Positions 49,577 through 63,662 of a DNA stretch of 64,000 nucleotides are shown here, piece after piece; position 1 is the first letter of the stretch, and every line of letters starts with the position of its first letter. The notes under the pieces are model-generated. The model worked only from the letters and a program-made list of their open reading frames with translations, was not told the DNA's origin and searched no databases. Made by a program: the position numbers and the translations under genes. The stretch is from an uncultured Chloroflexia bacterium (GTDB lineage Bacteria > Chloroflexota > Limnocylindria > Limnocylindrales > CSP1-4): contig CAVTHS010000014.1 of assembly GCA_963734535.1 (NCBI GenBank), forward strand, positions 1 to 64,000, in the 5' to 3' direction.

Positions 49577-49743
49577 CCCGGAGGATCTGACGATCGCCTG
49601 CATCGCACCGCGCCCTCGATCCGCGCAATGATCGGGATGACACCTTCCGTAGCCGCAGCGCGCCCCCGGACGGGGGCCCCGGCCATCGGGCCGGTCCCAC
49701 GAACCGGGGCGCACCAGCGTCCCAGACGCGCCAGGAGGGCGTG

Positions 49744-52221
49744 ATGCCGAGAGCAAAGAAGGACGTGTCGCGACCGTCCGAGATCAGGACCCGCGAGCTG
49801 CCGCTCGTGGCCCTTCGCGAGACGGTCATCTTCCCCGAGATGATCGTGCCCCTCCAGGTCGGCCGCGAGAAGAGCGTCAACGCGCTCAACGCCGCGGTCG
49901 CGGAGGGCAGCCTCATCGCGCTGGTCACCCAGCGGCATGCCGAGATGGAGGAGATCGGCGACCCGACCGAGCTCTACCCGATCGGGACGCTCGCCAAGAT
50001 CGCCCAGGTCGTGCAGCTCCAGGACGGAACCGTCCGGGCGATCGTGCAGGGCCAGAGCCGCCTGCGCGTCCTCGGGTTCGTCTCGACCAGCCCGCATCTC
50101 GTGGCGACAGTCGAGGAGCTCCCGGACGCCTCCCCGAAGGACCTGGCCGTGACGGCCCTCATGAAGACCGTCCAGGCCCAGATGGACCAGTACGTCCAGT
50201 CGGGGGCGCCCGTTCCGCCGGAGGCGGCTGTCGCCGCGCGCAACATCACCGAGCCGGGCCTGCTCGCGGACATGGTCGCCTACAGCCCGGACATGTCGAC
50301 CGAGCAGCGCCAGGAGCTCCTGGAGACGATCGACGTCGTCGAGCGGCTGAAGCTCGTCTCGACGTTCCTCAACCGCCAGGTCGAGATCCTCGAGCTCAAG
50401 GGGAAGATCCAGAGCGAGGTCAAGTCGGAGCTCGACAAGACCCAGCGCGAATACATCCTGCGGGAGCAGCTCAAGGCCATCCAGCGCGAGCTGGGCGAGG
50501 ACGACCCGCAGCAGGCAGAGATCCACGAGCTTCGCGAGAAGGTGGAGCAGTCCGGGATGCCCGACGAGGTCCGCACGCGGGCCCTCAAGGAGGTCGACCG
50601 GATGAGCCGCATCCCGTCGGCGTCACCGGAGGTCGGCGTGATCCGGACCTACGTCGACTGGCTCGTCGGCCTGCCGTGGAACACCTCGACGGACGACAAC
50701 CTCGACATCCGCGAGGCGGCCCGCATTCTCGACGAGGACCACTACGGGCTGGACAAGATCAAGGAGCGGATCCTCGAGTACCTCGCGGTTCGCACCCTGG
50801 CCGCCACGATCCGCAGCCCGATCCTGTGCTTCGTGGGCCCGCCCGGCGTCGGCAAGACGTCGCTCGGGAAGTCGATCGCCCGCGCGATGGGCCGCAAGTT
50901 CGTCCGGATGAGCCTGGGCGGGGTCCACGACGAGGCCGAGATCCGTGGCCACCGGCGGACCTACATCGGGGCCCTGCCGGGCCGGGTGATCCAGAGCATC
51001 AAGACCAGCGGCTCGAACAACCCGGTCTTCATGCTCGACGAGGTCGACAAGCTGGGCATGGACTTCCGGGGCGACCCGTCGTCCGCCCTCCTGGAGGTCC
51101 TCGACCCGGAGCAGAACAACACCTTCCAGGACAACTACCTCGAGGTGCCGTTCGACCTGAGCAAGGTCCTCTTCATCACCACGGCCAACCTGCTCGATCC
51201 CATCCCGGCGCCCCTGCGCGACCGGATGGAGGTCGTCCAGCTGCCGGGCTACACCCAGCGCGAGAAGGTGGAGATCGGGAAGCGGTTCCTCGTCCCGAAG
51301 CAGCTCCACAACCACGGCCTGACGGAGAAGCGGATCGAGATCACGGACGACACGTTCGTGGAGCTGGTCCAGGCCTACACCCACGAGGCCGGCGTCCGGA
51401 ACCTGGAGCGCGAGCTGGCGAACATCATGCGCAAGGTCGCCCGGCAGGTCGCCGAGGGCCGCAAGCGCAAGACCATCGTCAACCGCGCGAAGCTCGTCGA
51501 CTTCCTGGGTCCGCCCCGCTTCGAGTATGGCGAGCTGGAGTCCGAGGACCAGACCGGCGCGGCGACGGGCCTGGTCGTCACGGAGGTCGGCGGCGACATC
51601 GTGGCGGTCGAGGTGACGAAGATGGAGGGCCGCGAGGACTTCATCCTCACCGGCCAGCTCGGCGACGTCATGAAGGAGTCCGCTCGCGCGGCGCTGTCAT
51701 GGATCCGCGCCAACGCCACGAAGCTCGGGATCGAGCGCGAGGTCTTCGAGAAGCACACCCTCCACATCCACGTGCCGGCCGGCGCGATCCCGAAGGACGG
51801 CCCGTCGGCCGGGATCACCATGGCCACGGCGATGGTGAGCGCCCTCACCGCCATCCCGGTCCGCAAGGACGTGGCGATGACCGGCGAGATCACGCTCCGT
51901 GGGCGGGTCCTCCCGATCGGCGGCCTCAAGAGCAAGATCCTCGCCGCGCACCTCTCCGGCGCGCGGATGGTGATCCTCCCCAGGAAGAACGAGAAGGACC
52001 TCCGGGACATCCCCGACGAGATCCGAAAGCAGATCAAGGTCGTCCTCGTCGACTCGATGGACCAGGTGCTGGACGCGGCCCTGCGGCGACATCCGCAGCC
52101 GCTCCAGCCGCGATCCCCCGGCTCCGGCGGCGACGAGAAGCTCACCGAGCCCCTCGCGGTGCCGGCTGGTCGGCCGGGCTTCCCGGCCGACCAGCCGGCG
52201 GCAATCGCGTCGGGCCGCTGA
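49744..52221 (+). CDS. lon: ATP-dependent Lon protease
   Basis: LON N-domain, [33 protein letters not shown] catalytic Ser, GGLKSK catalytic Lys. Confidence 0.97.
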   Translation: MPRAKKDVSRPSEIRTRELPLVALRETVIFPEMIVPLQVGREKSVNALNAAVAEGSLIALVTQRHAEMEEIGDPTELYPIGTLAKIAQVVQLQDGTVRAIVQGQSRLRVLGFVSTSPHLVATVEELPDASPKDLAVTALMKTVQAQMDQYVQSGAPVPPEAAVAARNITEPGLLADMVAYSPDMSTEQRQELLETIDVVERLKLVSTFLNRQVEILELKGKIQSEVKSELDKTQREYILREQLKAIQRELGEDDPQQAEIHELREKVEQSGMPDEVRTRALKEVDRMSRIPSASPEVGVIRTYVDWLVGLPWNTSTDDNLDIREAARILDEDHYGLDKIKERILEYLAVRTLAATIRSPILCFVGPPGVGKTSLGKSIARAMGRKFVRMSLGGVHDEAEIRGHRRTYIGALPGRVIQSIKTSGSNNPVFMLDEVDKLGMDFRGDPSSALLEVLDPEQNNTFQDNYLEVPFDLSKVLFITTANLLDPIPAPLRDRMEVVQLPGYTQREKVEIGKRFLVPKQLHNHGLTEKRIEITDDTFVELVQAYTHEAGVRNLERELANIMRKVARQVAEGRKRKTIVNRAKLVDFLGPPRFEYGELESEDQTGAATGLVVTEVGGDIVAVEVTKMEGREDFILTGQLGDVMKESARAALSWIRANATKLGIEREVFEKHTLHIHVPAGAIPKDGPSAGITMATAMVSALTAIPVRKDVAMTGEITLRGRVLPIGGLKSKILAAHLSGARMVILPRKNEKDLRDIPDEIRKQIKVVLVDSMDQVLDAALRRHPQPLQPRSPGSGGDEKLTEPLAVPAGRPGFPADQPAAIASGR

Positions 52222-52270
52222 CCGCGGCCCGGCCGCGGGTCCGTCCCGGGCACGGCCGAGGGAGGCGACC

Positions 52271-53318
52271 ATGGAGTACAAGGACTACTACAAGGTCCTG
52301 GGCGTCCCCACGTCCGCGACGCCGGCGGAGATCAAGAAGGCGTACCGGAAGCTCGCCCGGGAGCACCATCCGGACCGGAACGCCGGGAACAGCAACGCCG
52401 AGCGCCGTTTCAAGGAGGTCAACGAGGCGCACGAGGTTCTCGCCGACCCCGCCAAGCGGGCGCAGTACGACGAGATGGGCGTCGCACTGGCAGGACTATG
52501 CCCGGGCAGGAGCGCGGCCGGGCGGCGACCCCTTCGGACCGGGCGGTCCCTTTGCGGGCTTCGGGTCGGCAGCCGGCGCGGGCCGCGGTGCCGGCGCGGG
52601 CCGGCGCTCGGGGACGAGCGGCGCCGGCGCGTCACCCGGCGGCATCCGGTTCGAGTTCGCCGGCGACGGCGGCGACTTCTCCGACTTCTTCCGGACCTTC
52701 TTCGCCGGCGCCATGCCGGACGATCTGGGCGGGTCCGCGCCCCGTGGCGGCGGGGTCGCGGCCGGCCGGGGGTCGCGCCCGCGCGGCCACGTGACCGCCC
52801 CGCCCGCCGTCGAGGCGCAGGTCGACCTGAGCCTCGAGGATGCCTTCCACGGGGTGACCCGCCTGGTCGACGTGGACGGCAAGCGCCTGGAGGTCAAGAT
52901 CCCTGCCGGTGTCGAGACCGGGAGCCGGATCCGGCTCCGCGGTCGCGGCGGCGGAGAAGGCGCCGCTGCCCGCGACCTCGTGCTCATCGGGCGGGTCGCC
53001 CCGCACTCGGTCTTTCATCGGGACGGCGCGACGCTCACGCGCGAGCTGCCGGTGACGCTCCGCGAGTCCCTCCTGGGCGCCGAGGTGCCGGTCAGGACGC
53101 TGACCGGCCGCGTGCTGCTGCGTGTCCCTGCGGGGACCCAGAACGGGCGGGTCATCCGGCTCGCCGGACAGGGCATGCCGCGCCTCAAGGGCGACGGCCG
53201 CGGCGACCTCCACGTGAGGGTCCGCGTCATCCTCCCGGTGCTCGACGAGGCCGGGCGCCAGGCCGCGGCCGCGTTCCTGGACGTGGTCGACCAGCCCGAC
53301 CCGAGGTCGGTCGAATGA
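52271..53318 (+). CDS. Class II J-domain chaperone (DnaJ/CbpA-like, no zinc finger); frameshift near 52480
   Basis: DYYKVLGV...[17 protein letters not shown]-domain, then a G/F region with [26 protein letters not shown]...GDL in the next frame. Confidence 0.92.
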
Positions 53319-53457
53319 CCGGCCGGCCGGAAGCCCGCGACACCGGCTCGACGCCCCTCGCGCCCGGACGCCCCGAACAGACGACCTCAAGCCCCACGCT
53401 CCACGACGCGACGCTCCCCGACCCGTCACCCGCAGCCTCGAAGGATCCGACCGCACC

Positions 53458-56206
<2,749 letters not shown>

Positions 56207-56448
56207 TCGGGGCGCCCCTGGCCGGGGGGCGGCGGAGGCGGTCGCGCGCGGCTGCCCGATGGATTCGACACGGTGACCGCTCGCGTTCGGTCAGCCCCGG
56301 GTCGCGATCGTGCCGCCCTGAGCGTTCGTCGACCGTCCTGGCCCCGTTCGCGGCCGCCTTGGCAGCCAGCGGCTTCGGGCGCGTTGGCAGCCCGGCCGCC
56401 CTGGCCGGCCCGGGCCGTGGCGCGGCGTGCGGCTCTACGATGGCGGCC

Positions 56449-57087
56449 ATGACGCCCGACGAGGTCCGAGAGCGCATGCGCGCCGCGACGCAGCCGCTCC
56501 CCCAGCCCCCGGCCTGGCTGCGCCCGGAGCGGCTCCCGGACGGCGTCCCGTTCGAGCGGCCCGCGTCGCCCGCCAACGCTCGACCCGCGGCCGCGCTCGT
56601 GCTCGTCTACCCCGGGCCCCGCGGGGAGGCGATGCTCGTGCTCACCGAGCGCGTCGACTACGGGGGCGATCACTCGGGCGAGGTGTCCCTCCCGGGCGGG
56701 AAGGTCGAGCCGGGTGACGCCGATGCAGCCGCAACGGCCCTGCGGGAGGCCCGGGAGGAGGTCGGGCTCGACGCCCGAACGGGACGGCGTCGAGGTGATC
56801 GGCCGCCTCGACGCGCTGTGGATCCCGCCCAGCAACTTCCGCGTCGAGCCGATCGTGGCCGTCGCCGCGCGGCGGCCCGCGTTCGTGGCCGGATCGCCGG
56901 GAAGTGGCCGCCATCCTCGAGACGCCCGTGAGCGGCGTTCCTGCCCGACGTCGCGCCGGTGATCGTCGACCCCGACCCGCACGGCCGGCCGATCCGGTAC
57001 GGCGCCTACCTCGTGGAGGGGCGGATCGTGTGGGGAGCCACGGCCGCCATCCTCGGCCAGCTCGGGGCCGTGCTCGGGGCGCGATAA
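56449..57087 (+). CDS. Nudix hydrolase, CoA pyrophosphatase (NudL-like); several frameshifts
   Basis: [15 protein letters not shown]...[16 protein letters not shown]...[11 protein letters not shown] Nudix box; [10 protein letters not shown] at the end in a shifted frame. Confidence 0.87.
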
Positions 57088-57147
57088 GGGCCGCGCTCGA
57101 AGTCCTCTGATGTCGGCGCGCGCATCCCCCGGGCCGCGACCGACCCG

Positions 57148-57312
57148 CGTGCACGCCCGTGACCACTGCGACCGGCGGGAACCCGGCAGTCGACGGAGTT
57201 GTGCGCCCGTTGAGCGGATCGGCGGTTGGGCGGTTGTCCGGCGCGTTCCGTGACGCAAGATGGCCGCTGGACCGATCGCCGGCGGTCGCAGTGACCAATC
57301 CGTGCACGCCCG
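57148..57312. repeat. Intergenic element with nested inverted and direct repeats
   Basis: Direct repeat CGTGCACGCCCG (57148-57159, 57301-57312) outside inverted repeat CACTGCGACCG/CGGTCGCAGTG (57164-57174, 57283-57293). Confidence 0.5.
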
Positions 57313-57430
57313 CTCAGCTCGCGGCCGTCGCTCGTCAGCTGGCGGCGCGCCGCCGGGCTGGCGGCGCCCCGCGGCCGACGTGACCGGCCCGAGCCACGGT
57401 CCCAGGGTCGGCGGCGGAAGCCGCCGGACG

Positions 57431-57931
57431 TCAGAGCGGCTCGCCCTCGGCGGCGGTCCTCGCATTCGCCGCTGCGCTCGAGGCCAGCGAGCCCTCACCC
57501 TTCGCCACGGGCAGCGGCCCATCGCCGGGGACGGCGCCCGCGTCCGCGGCGCCCGCGGTCAGCTCCAGCGCCCGGCCCTCGAGGATCCCGCGCGCGGCCG
57601 CGTCGTCTGCGCCCGCGAACTCGACCACGAACGCGCGCATCTCGGAGAGCTCCGTCCAGGCCGCATGCTCGACGCCGGCGGGCCAGAGCACGGCCTCACC
57701 GGCCGCGACCCGCGCCCGCTCGTCGGCCACCCGGACCCAGCCGCCGCCCTCCACGATCACGAGCCAGGCGCTGTTGGGGCTGGAGTGCAGGTCCATGGAG
57801 GCCCGGCGGGCGAACGCGAGCTCCGCCACGAGGCCGCGCGCGTCGGCGTGGATCACCTGGGATGCGACGCCCGTCGTCCCGTCCGGACCGTCCGGGCGCC
57901 GGTGTCCGACGCCGAAGCGGCGGATCTCCAT
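57431..57931 (-). CDS. Cupin-domain protein
   Basis: MDLHSSP...LVIVEGGGWV...VAAGEAVLWPAGVEHAAW cupin motifs. Confidence 0.82.
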   Translation of the reverse strand: MEIRRFGVGHRRPDGPDGTTGVASQVIHADARGLVAELAFARRASMDLHSSPNSAWLVIVEGGGWVRVADERARVAAGEAVLWPAGVEHAAWTELSEMRAFVVEFAGADDAAARGILEGRALELTAGAADAGAVPGDGPLPVAKGEGSLASSAAANARTAAEGEPL

Positions 57932-57934
57932 CGC

Positions 57935-58363
57935 TCAGCCGCGGCGCCGCCGAGCGCGCTTCGGCCGGATCGTCGACTCGGGGTGCGCGAACTTCTGCTT
58001 CGAGTAGAAGCGGGCCTTGGCCAGCTGCTGCTGGTATCGCGCCAGCTCGGGCGGGAAGCGCACGAAGCGGACCCATGCCAGGATGCCCAGCCCGATCGGC
58101 AGGCTCACGGCGGTGAAGATGAAGTCGAAGTGGAAGACCGCGTAGACGAGGAGCAGGAAGAAGAGCGTGATCGACGTCCACAGCAGCCACTCGTAGAGGT
58201 CGAGGTACGGCTGGTGACGACGTAGCTGCCGCGTCCGGACGTTGTACAGGATCACGATCGCCACGATCCCGACCAGCGAGGAGATCCAGATCGCGTTGAA
58301 GAGGTCGGGGAAGAGCACGTCGTTGAACGCGGTGAACAGGTAATCCCAGGGAGGGAGGGTCAC
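57935..58363 (-). CDS. Hypothetical membrane protein (about 3 TM, basic tail)
   Basis: Hydrophobic segments, GGAGG upstream of GTG, directly upstream of the cupin gene. Confidence 0.72.
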   Translation of the reverse strand: MTLPPWDYLFTAFNDVLFPDLFNAIWISSLVGIVAIVILYNVRTRQLRRHQPYLDLYEWLLWTSITLFFLLLVYAVFHFDFIFTAVSLPIGLGILAWVRFVRFPPELARYQQQLAKARFYSKQKFAHPESTIRPKRARRRRG

Positions 58364-58556
58364 GTGGCGCGGGCCTCCGTCGCTTCGCGGGCTCGGCGGG
58401 CGCAGCGAGCGAGGCGTCCACGCCGGCGGCGCCACCACCCGGCGCCGGACGCTGAGTATGCCATGCTCGCGGCGTATACTCGCGCCCAGAGCGAGGCCGC
58501 CCGTACGCCCATGGTGGCCGGTGCCCGGGCGCGCTGACGCAGGGAGGTTGATCCGG

Positions 58557-60105
58557 GTGCGAGCCCTCCTATCGGTGGCGAACCGCGACGGGGTCAGCGC
58601 GCTCGCCCGCGATCTCGCCGGCCTCGACGTCGAGCTTTACGCCACGGACGGGACACGGGAGCACCTCCTCGCGGACGGGATCGACGTGCTCCCGGTGACG
58701 GCGCTCACGAACCTGCCACCGCTCGTCGGCGGCCTCGTCAGGACCTTCCATCCGGCCGTCTACGCGGGGATCCTCGCGCGCCGCGACCGGCCGGCCGAGC
58801 TGGCCGAGCTGGCCGAGCACGGAATCGGGCTGCTTGACATCGTCGTGGTGACCGTCAAGCCGTTCGCCCCCCAGGTCGGCGAGCGGCGCGTCCCGCTCGA
58901 CGAGGCGCTCGAGATGATCGACGTGGGCGGTACCGCCCTCCTCTCGGCCGCCGCTCGCAACCACGCGGGCGTGGCCGCGGTCAGCAGCCCGTCCTCGTAC
59001 GCGGAGGTGGTCGCGGACATCCGCGCTCGCGGCAGCGTCTCCGCGGAGCTGCGCCAGCGCCTCGCCGCCGAGGCGTTCGCGACCGTCGCAGCGCACCACG
59101 CGGAGGTGGCCGCCTACCTGAACCAGGTGACGGGGGCCACCTTCCCGCCCCACGTCTCGATCATCCTCGAGAAGGTGGCGGACCTCCCGTACGGCGAGAA
59201 CCCGCACCAGCGGGCCGCCTTCTACCGGGAGACGACGCATCGCGACGGCACGCTGGCGGACGCGGTCCAGCTCCAGGGCCGACCGCCCACCTTCAACGAC
59301 CTCCTCGACCTCGACGCGGCCTGGCTGATCGCGCGCGACTTCGGCGCCCCGACCGCGGTCGTCGTCCGCCACACTGACCCGGTCGGCCTCGCCTCGGATG
59401 ACGGACTGCCGGAGGCCTACCGGCGGGCGCTCGAGACGGACCCCGCCGCCGGATACGGCGCCATCGTGGGCGTCAACCGGCCGATGGACGGGGTCACCGC
59501 GAGCGAGATCGCCGCCGGGACCTTCGAGGCGGTCGTCGCGCCGGGCTACGACGACGCGGCGCTCGCCGCGCTCGCGGTGCGGTCCAGACCTGGAGGTCCT
59601 CCGCGTGCCGCCGAACCCGGCGCACGGGCTTCGCGACTACGGGATCGCGGCGCTCGACTTCAAGCGGATCGGCGGCGGCCTCCTCGTCGAGACGCTGGAC
59701 CACACGGGCCTGGACCGCGGGCAGCTGCGCGTGGTGACCGAGCGTCGGCCGACGCTGGACGAGCTGACCGACCTGATGTTCGCCTGGCGCGCGGCGGCCC
59801 ACGTCCGCTCGAACGCGATCGTCCTGTGTCGGAATCTCGCCACGGTCGGGATCGGCGCCGCCCAGGTGAACCGGCAGATCGCGGTCGAGGTCGCGCTCCG
59901 GCGGGCCGGCGACCGGGCCAAGCTGGCGGTCATGGCCTCCGACGCCTACTTCCCCTTCCCCGACGCCATCGCCCATGCGGCGATCGCCGGGGTCAGCGCG
60001 ATCATCCAGCCGGGCGGCTCCCGCCGGGACGAGATGGCGATCGAGGTCGCCGACCGCCACCACCTCGCCATGGTCTTCACGGGCCGCCGCCACTTCCGCC
60101 ACTAG
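58557..60105 (+). CDS. purH: Bifunctional AICAR transformylase/IMP cyclohydrolase-like protein with divergent motifs; frameshift near 59580
   Basis: RALLSV, IDVGG..LL.AAARNH, YGENPHQ.AAFY, SNAIV, GIGAAQVNR, ASDAYFPFPD, IIQPGGSRRD, MVFTGRRHFRH. Confidence 0.88.
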
Positions 60106-60753
60106 CAGGGCCCGCGCTCGTACCGAGGCTGCCGTCCGCGGCAACGCCCGGGCTCTCGGGCGTCCACGCCCCGGTGGCCCGATCCCACTCGGCCACCGGC
60201 CGAACGGCCGTCGGTCCCTCGCGCAGCTCGGCGCGTCGACGCGCGGTCGCGACGGTCTCGTCCCAGCCCGGCGGCCGCAGGCGCGGTGCCAGTTCCGAGA
60301 GGGGTGCCAGCACGAAGAGCCGCTCGCGTGCGCTTGGATGCGGGACGGTCAGCCACTGCGCGGCCGAGCGAGCGGGGTCATGGCTGCGACCGTCGGACGG
60401 CCGTTCCACGTGGATCGCCTGGCGCCCGAACACCAGCAGGTCCAGGTCCAGCGCCCGGGGACCCCATCGCGGACCGTCCCGGCGTCCGAACGCTCGCTCG
60501 AGCCCCTTGAGCGCGACGAGCAGGGCGAGCGCCGCCCGACCGGATCCCGCCCGACGGGCACGTCGAGCGCGACGACGGCGTTCCGGAACTCCGGCTGGTC
60601 GAGGACTCCGACGGGCGCCGTCGCGTAGAGCCGCGAGATACCGACCAGTCGGACGCCTGCCAGCGCGGCGAGGGCCTGGACCGCAGCCGCGAGCGCCGCG
60701 TCGGGCTCGCCGATGTTCGCCCCCAACCCGACGTACGCCCGGACACGTCCCAC
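60077..60753 (-). CDS. folK: 2-amino-4-hydroxy-6-hydroxymethyldihydropteridine diphosphokinase; frameshift near 60540
   Basis: AYVGLGANIG, SRLYATAPVG..DQPEFRNAV, then LKGLERAFGR...RWGPRALDLDLL, LTVPHP...RLFVLAPL; GTG after GGGAGG. Confidence 0.92.
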
Positions 60754-60783
60754 CCGGCTGCCTCCCGCGGTACCGTTTCGGGC

Positions 60784-61910
60784 ATGCCGCCCGTCGCCGT
60801 CCGCATTCTGCACGCCGAGGCGGGGTCGGCGGCCGGACCGCTGGAACGGGCCCTGATCGGGGCGCGCAGCGACCTGGCGGAGCGCCACCGGCGCGGGTTC
60901 CTCGCCGCGGGCGCAACCGACGTGCGGGTCGTCGCGGGCCCGCCGGATGGGATCCCGTTCGGCGCCCGCCTGCGCGGCCTCGCCGTCGCATGCCTGACCG
61001 GCGGGAAGGGCGGCCTGGTCGTGCTCGGCTCGGGCGCGATGCCGCTGGCGACCGCCGGGGATCGGCGCGCCTTCGTCCTCGTCGCGCGCGGCCCCGGCCG
61101 GGCCGCCCTCGCCAACAACGTCTACTCGGCCGACGTGGTTGCCCTCGGCGGACCGACGGTCGAGCGCGACCTTCGCGACCTCCCGGACCTGCCCGCCGAC
61201 AACGCCCTGCCGCGCTGGCTGGCTGAGGTCGGCGGCTGGCGGGTCGCCGGGCTCGAGCGGTGGCGACTGGGCATCGACCTCGACTCCCCGCTGGACCTCC
61301 TCCTCGTGGGACGGGCTGCCGACATGGCCGGCCTCGACCATGCGAACGTCCCCCGGGAGGCCGTCGCCGCCCGGCTGGCAGGCGTCGCGGCGATCCTCGC
61401 CGACCGGCGCGCCGAGCTCGTCGGTGGCGGGACGGACCTCGGCCGGGACGCTGCGGGCGCTCGAGCGGCGGTGCGGCGCCGCGTCCGGGCGCTGATCGAG
61501 GAGCGCGGCCTGCGGGCGTGCCAGCGGTCGGCTCTCGGCGGCGGCCCAGATGGGCCGCTTGCGAGGCCGCCGCGATCGACCCTGGGACTGCTGGTCGATC
61601 GCGACGGGCCGGAGGCGCTCGGCAGCCTCCTCGCCGGGCTCGGCGATGCCGCGGTCGTCGACACGCGCGTCCTGATCGCCCACCGGTTCGGGCGCGGACG
61701 AGGCGCGCCTGGCCGCCGGCCGAGGATCGCTTCGCCGCCGACCTGCTCCTGCCCGACCGGATCGCCGATCCGTGGCTGCGCGCCCTGATCGTCGGCCTCC
61801 GCGACGCACCGATCCCGATCCTTGCCGGCGGCCACACCCTCGTCGGGCCGGGAATCCGGCTCGTCGCGGCTCGCCGCGGGCGGCCACGCACCCGTGACGG
61901 ATCGTCGTGA
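60784..61910 (+). CDS. Hypothetical protein, possibly nucleotidyltransferase/GT-A fold (CofC-like); frameshifts
   Basis: FGARL, VVLGSGAMPL, ANNVYSAD, DNAL, IDLDSPLDL (resembles the CofC/MobA DxDTPxDL motif); the C-terminus continues in the 61260-61910 frame. Confidence 0.55.
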
Positions 61911-63067
61911 GCACGCCGGCCGAGGACGCCATCCGGGCGGAGATCGCCGCGCGGCGGGCCGATCCCATTCGCGCGTTTCATGGCGCTCGCCCTCGGCGAC
62001 CCGGTGGGCGGCTACTACACGGGGCCGCGGGCACGCCCGACCCGCGACGGCGACTTCCTGACCGCACCCGAGCTTCACCCGGTCTTCGGGGCGGCGCTCG
62101 CGCGGCAGCTCGCCGAGGCCTGGGAACGGCTGGCCCGGCCCGATCCGTTCACGCTCGTCGAATACGGGGCCGGCGCGGGGACGCTCGCCCTCGCGATCCT
62201 CGGCGGCCTCCGCGACGACCGCTCGCCGCTGGCCGACGCCCTGGTCTACGCCCCGATCGAGCTGAATCCGCACCGCCGGGCCGAGCTCGAGGATCGGGCC
62301 GCGCCGTCGGACGGCCGGGCTCCGCGTCGTCGCGGCGCGCGTCGGAGCCGGGCAGGTCACCGGAGCCGTGCTGGCCAACGAGTTCCTCGATGCGCTCCCG
62401 GTCCACGCGGTCGAGATCCGGGACGGGCAGGCCGCCGAGGTCCACGTCGGCGTCCGGCAGCGGCACGTTCACGGAGCTCCTCCTGCCGCCGTCCACGCCG
62501 GCGATCGCGGCCCGCCTCGACGCGCTCGCTGCAGGCGGCGTCATGCTCGAGGAGGGGCAGCGGGTGGAGCTCTGCCTCGCGCTCGACGGCTGGGTCGCGG
62601 ACGTGGCCGCCATGCTCTCGGCGGGCCTCGTGCTCGTGATCGACTACGGCGCGCCAGCGCCCCGGCTGTACGGCCCGCGCCACCGCGCCGGGACGCTGAT
62701 GACCTACCGCGGCCACGCGGCCGACGGGTCGCCGCGACGCACCCTATCGGGACGTCGGCGAGCGCGACATCACCGCCCACGTCGACACGACGACGCTGGC
62801 CAGGCTGCTCGCCGCGGTCGGCTTCGAGATCCTCGGCGAGACGACCCAGGCCGAGCTGCTGGCCGGCTGCGGGCTCGAGGACCTGCTCGAGCGGGAGCGG
62901 AGTCGCGCGACCGACATGGCGCGGCGCTCCTGCTTCGGACCGCCGTGATGCGGCTGCTCGATCCCCGTCACCTCGGCGGCTTCCGGGCCGTGCTCGCGGG
63001 CCGCGGGATCGCCGGTCGCGCCGCCCCTCCGCGGCCTCGCTCCGACCGGCGGGGACGGCCGGGCTGA
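61907..63067 (+). CDS. SAM-dependent methyltransferase, MidA/NDUFAF7 family; multiple frameshifts
   Basis: FMALALGDPVGGYY, GDFLTAPELHPVFG, LVEYGAGAGTLA, ANEFLDALP, VIDYG, GTLMTYRGH, DITAHVD, RLLDP..LGGFR spread across frames. Confidence 0.87.
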   Translation: MSTPAEDAIRAEIAARRADPIRAFHGARPRRPGGRLLHGAAGTPDPRRRLPDRTRASPGLRGGARAAARRGLGTAGPARSVHARRIRGRRGDARPRDPRRPPRRPLAAGRRPGLRPDRAESAPPGRARGSGRAVGRPGSASSRRASEPGRSPEPCWPTSSSMRSRSTRSRSGTGRPPRSTSASGSGTFTELLLPPSTPAIAARLDALAAGGVMLEEGQRVELCLALDGWVADVAAMLSAGLVLVIDYGAPAPRLYGPRHRAGTLMTYRGHAADGSPRRTLSGRRRARHHRPRRHDDAGQAARRGRLRDPRRDDPGRAAGRLRARGPARAGAESRDRHGAALLLRTAVMRLLDPRHLGGFRAVLAGRGIAGRAAPPRPRSDRRGRPG

Positions 63068-63305
63068 CTGAGCCGGCGCGGATCTCCGGGCTCCTCCGCC
63101 GGCCGCAGAAGGCGCGACGCGCCCGACGCGCCCCACGTCGGTCGCCACGTGCCCGGAACGCTCCTGCTAGGATGCCATGGCGCGCCCGGGACCCCCGGTC
63201 ACGACGCGTGCGCCCGTCTCACCCGAGCCCCCGCCGGGTCGACGTGGACCGGCCGTCAGCCCCGCATCGGGAGTCGGCGGGCCTGCCCGGCCGCAGAAAG
63301 GTGCG

Positions 63306-63662
63306 ATGGAAGGGATCTGGTACGTCGTCGGCTTCGCCTTCGCCGGCGTCTCCTTCGTCTTCCTGACGATCGGGCTCTCGTGGCTCATCAGCCATCGGAC
63401 GCGAGGCAGCCGCGGCAAGGGCCTCCCGTACGAGAGCGGGATCGACACCTTCGGCGATACGCACGGCCGCTTCGGCGTCTCGTACTACCTCTACGCCCTC
63501 CTCTTCGTCGCCTTCGACATCGAGGTGATCTTCATCTTCCTGTGGGCGCTGGTCATCCGCGATCCGATCCCGGGCCTCCTGACGACGATGTTCCTGTTCG
63601 TCGGGATCCTGCTGCTCGGGCTCGCGTACGCGTGGCGCAAGGGCGTGCTGACGTGGCACTGA
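63306..63662 (+). CDS. nuoA: NADH-quinone oxidoreductase subunit A
   Basis: KGLPYESG, YYLYALLFVAFDIEVIFIFLWA, YAWRKGVLTW. Confidence 0.94.
   Translation: MEGIWYVVGFAFAGVSFVFLTIGLSWLISHRTRGSRGKGLPYESGIDTFGDTHGRFGVSYYLYALLFVAFDIEVIFIFLWALVIRDPIPGLLTTMFLFVGILLLGLAYAWRKGVLTWH

Noticed and set aside
57159-57383. 74-aa ORF as a real gene
   Set aside because: No clear RBS or motif, and it overlaps a repeat-structured intergenic region.
58440-58556. ZMP/ZTP riboswitch upstream of purH
   Set aside because: The conserved aptamer elements were not recognisable. The region looks like back-to-back -10 elements (TATACT on plus, CATACT on minus).
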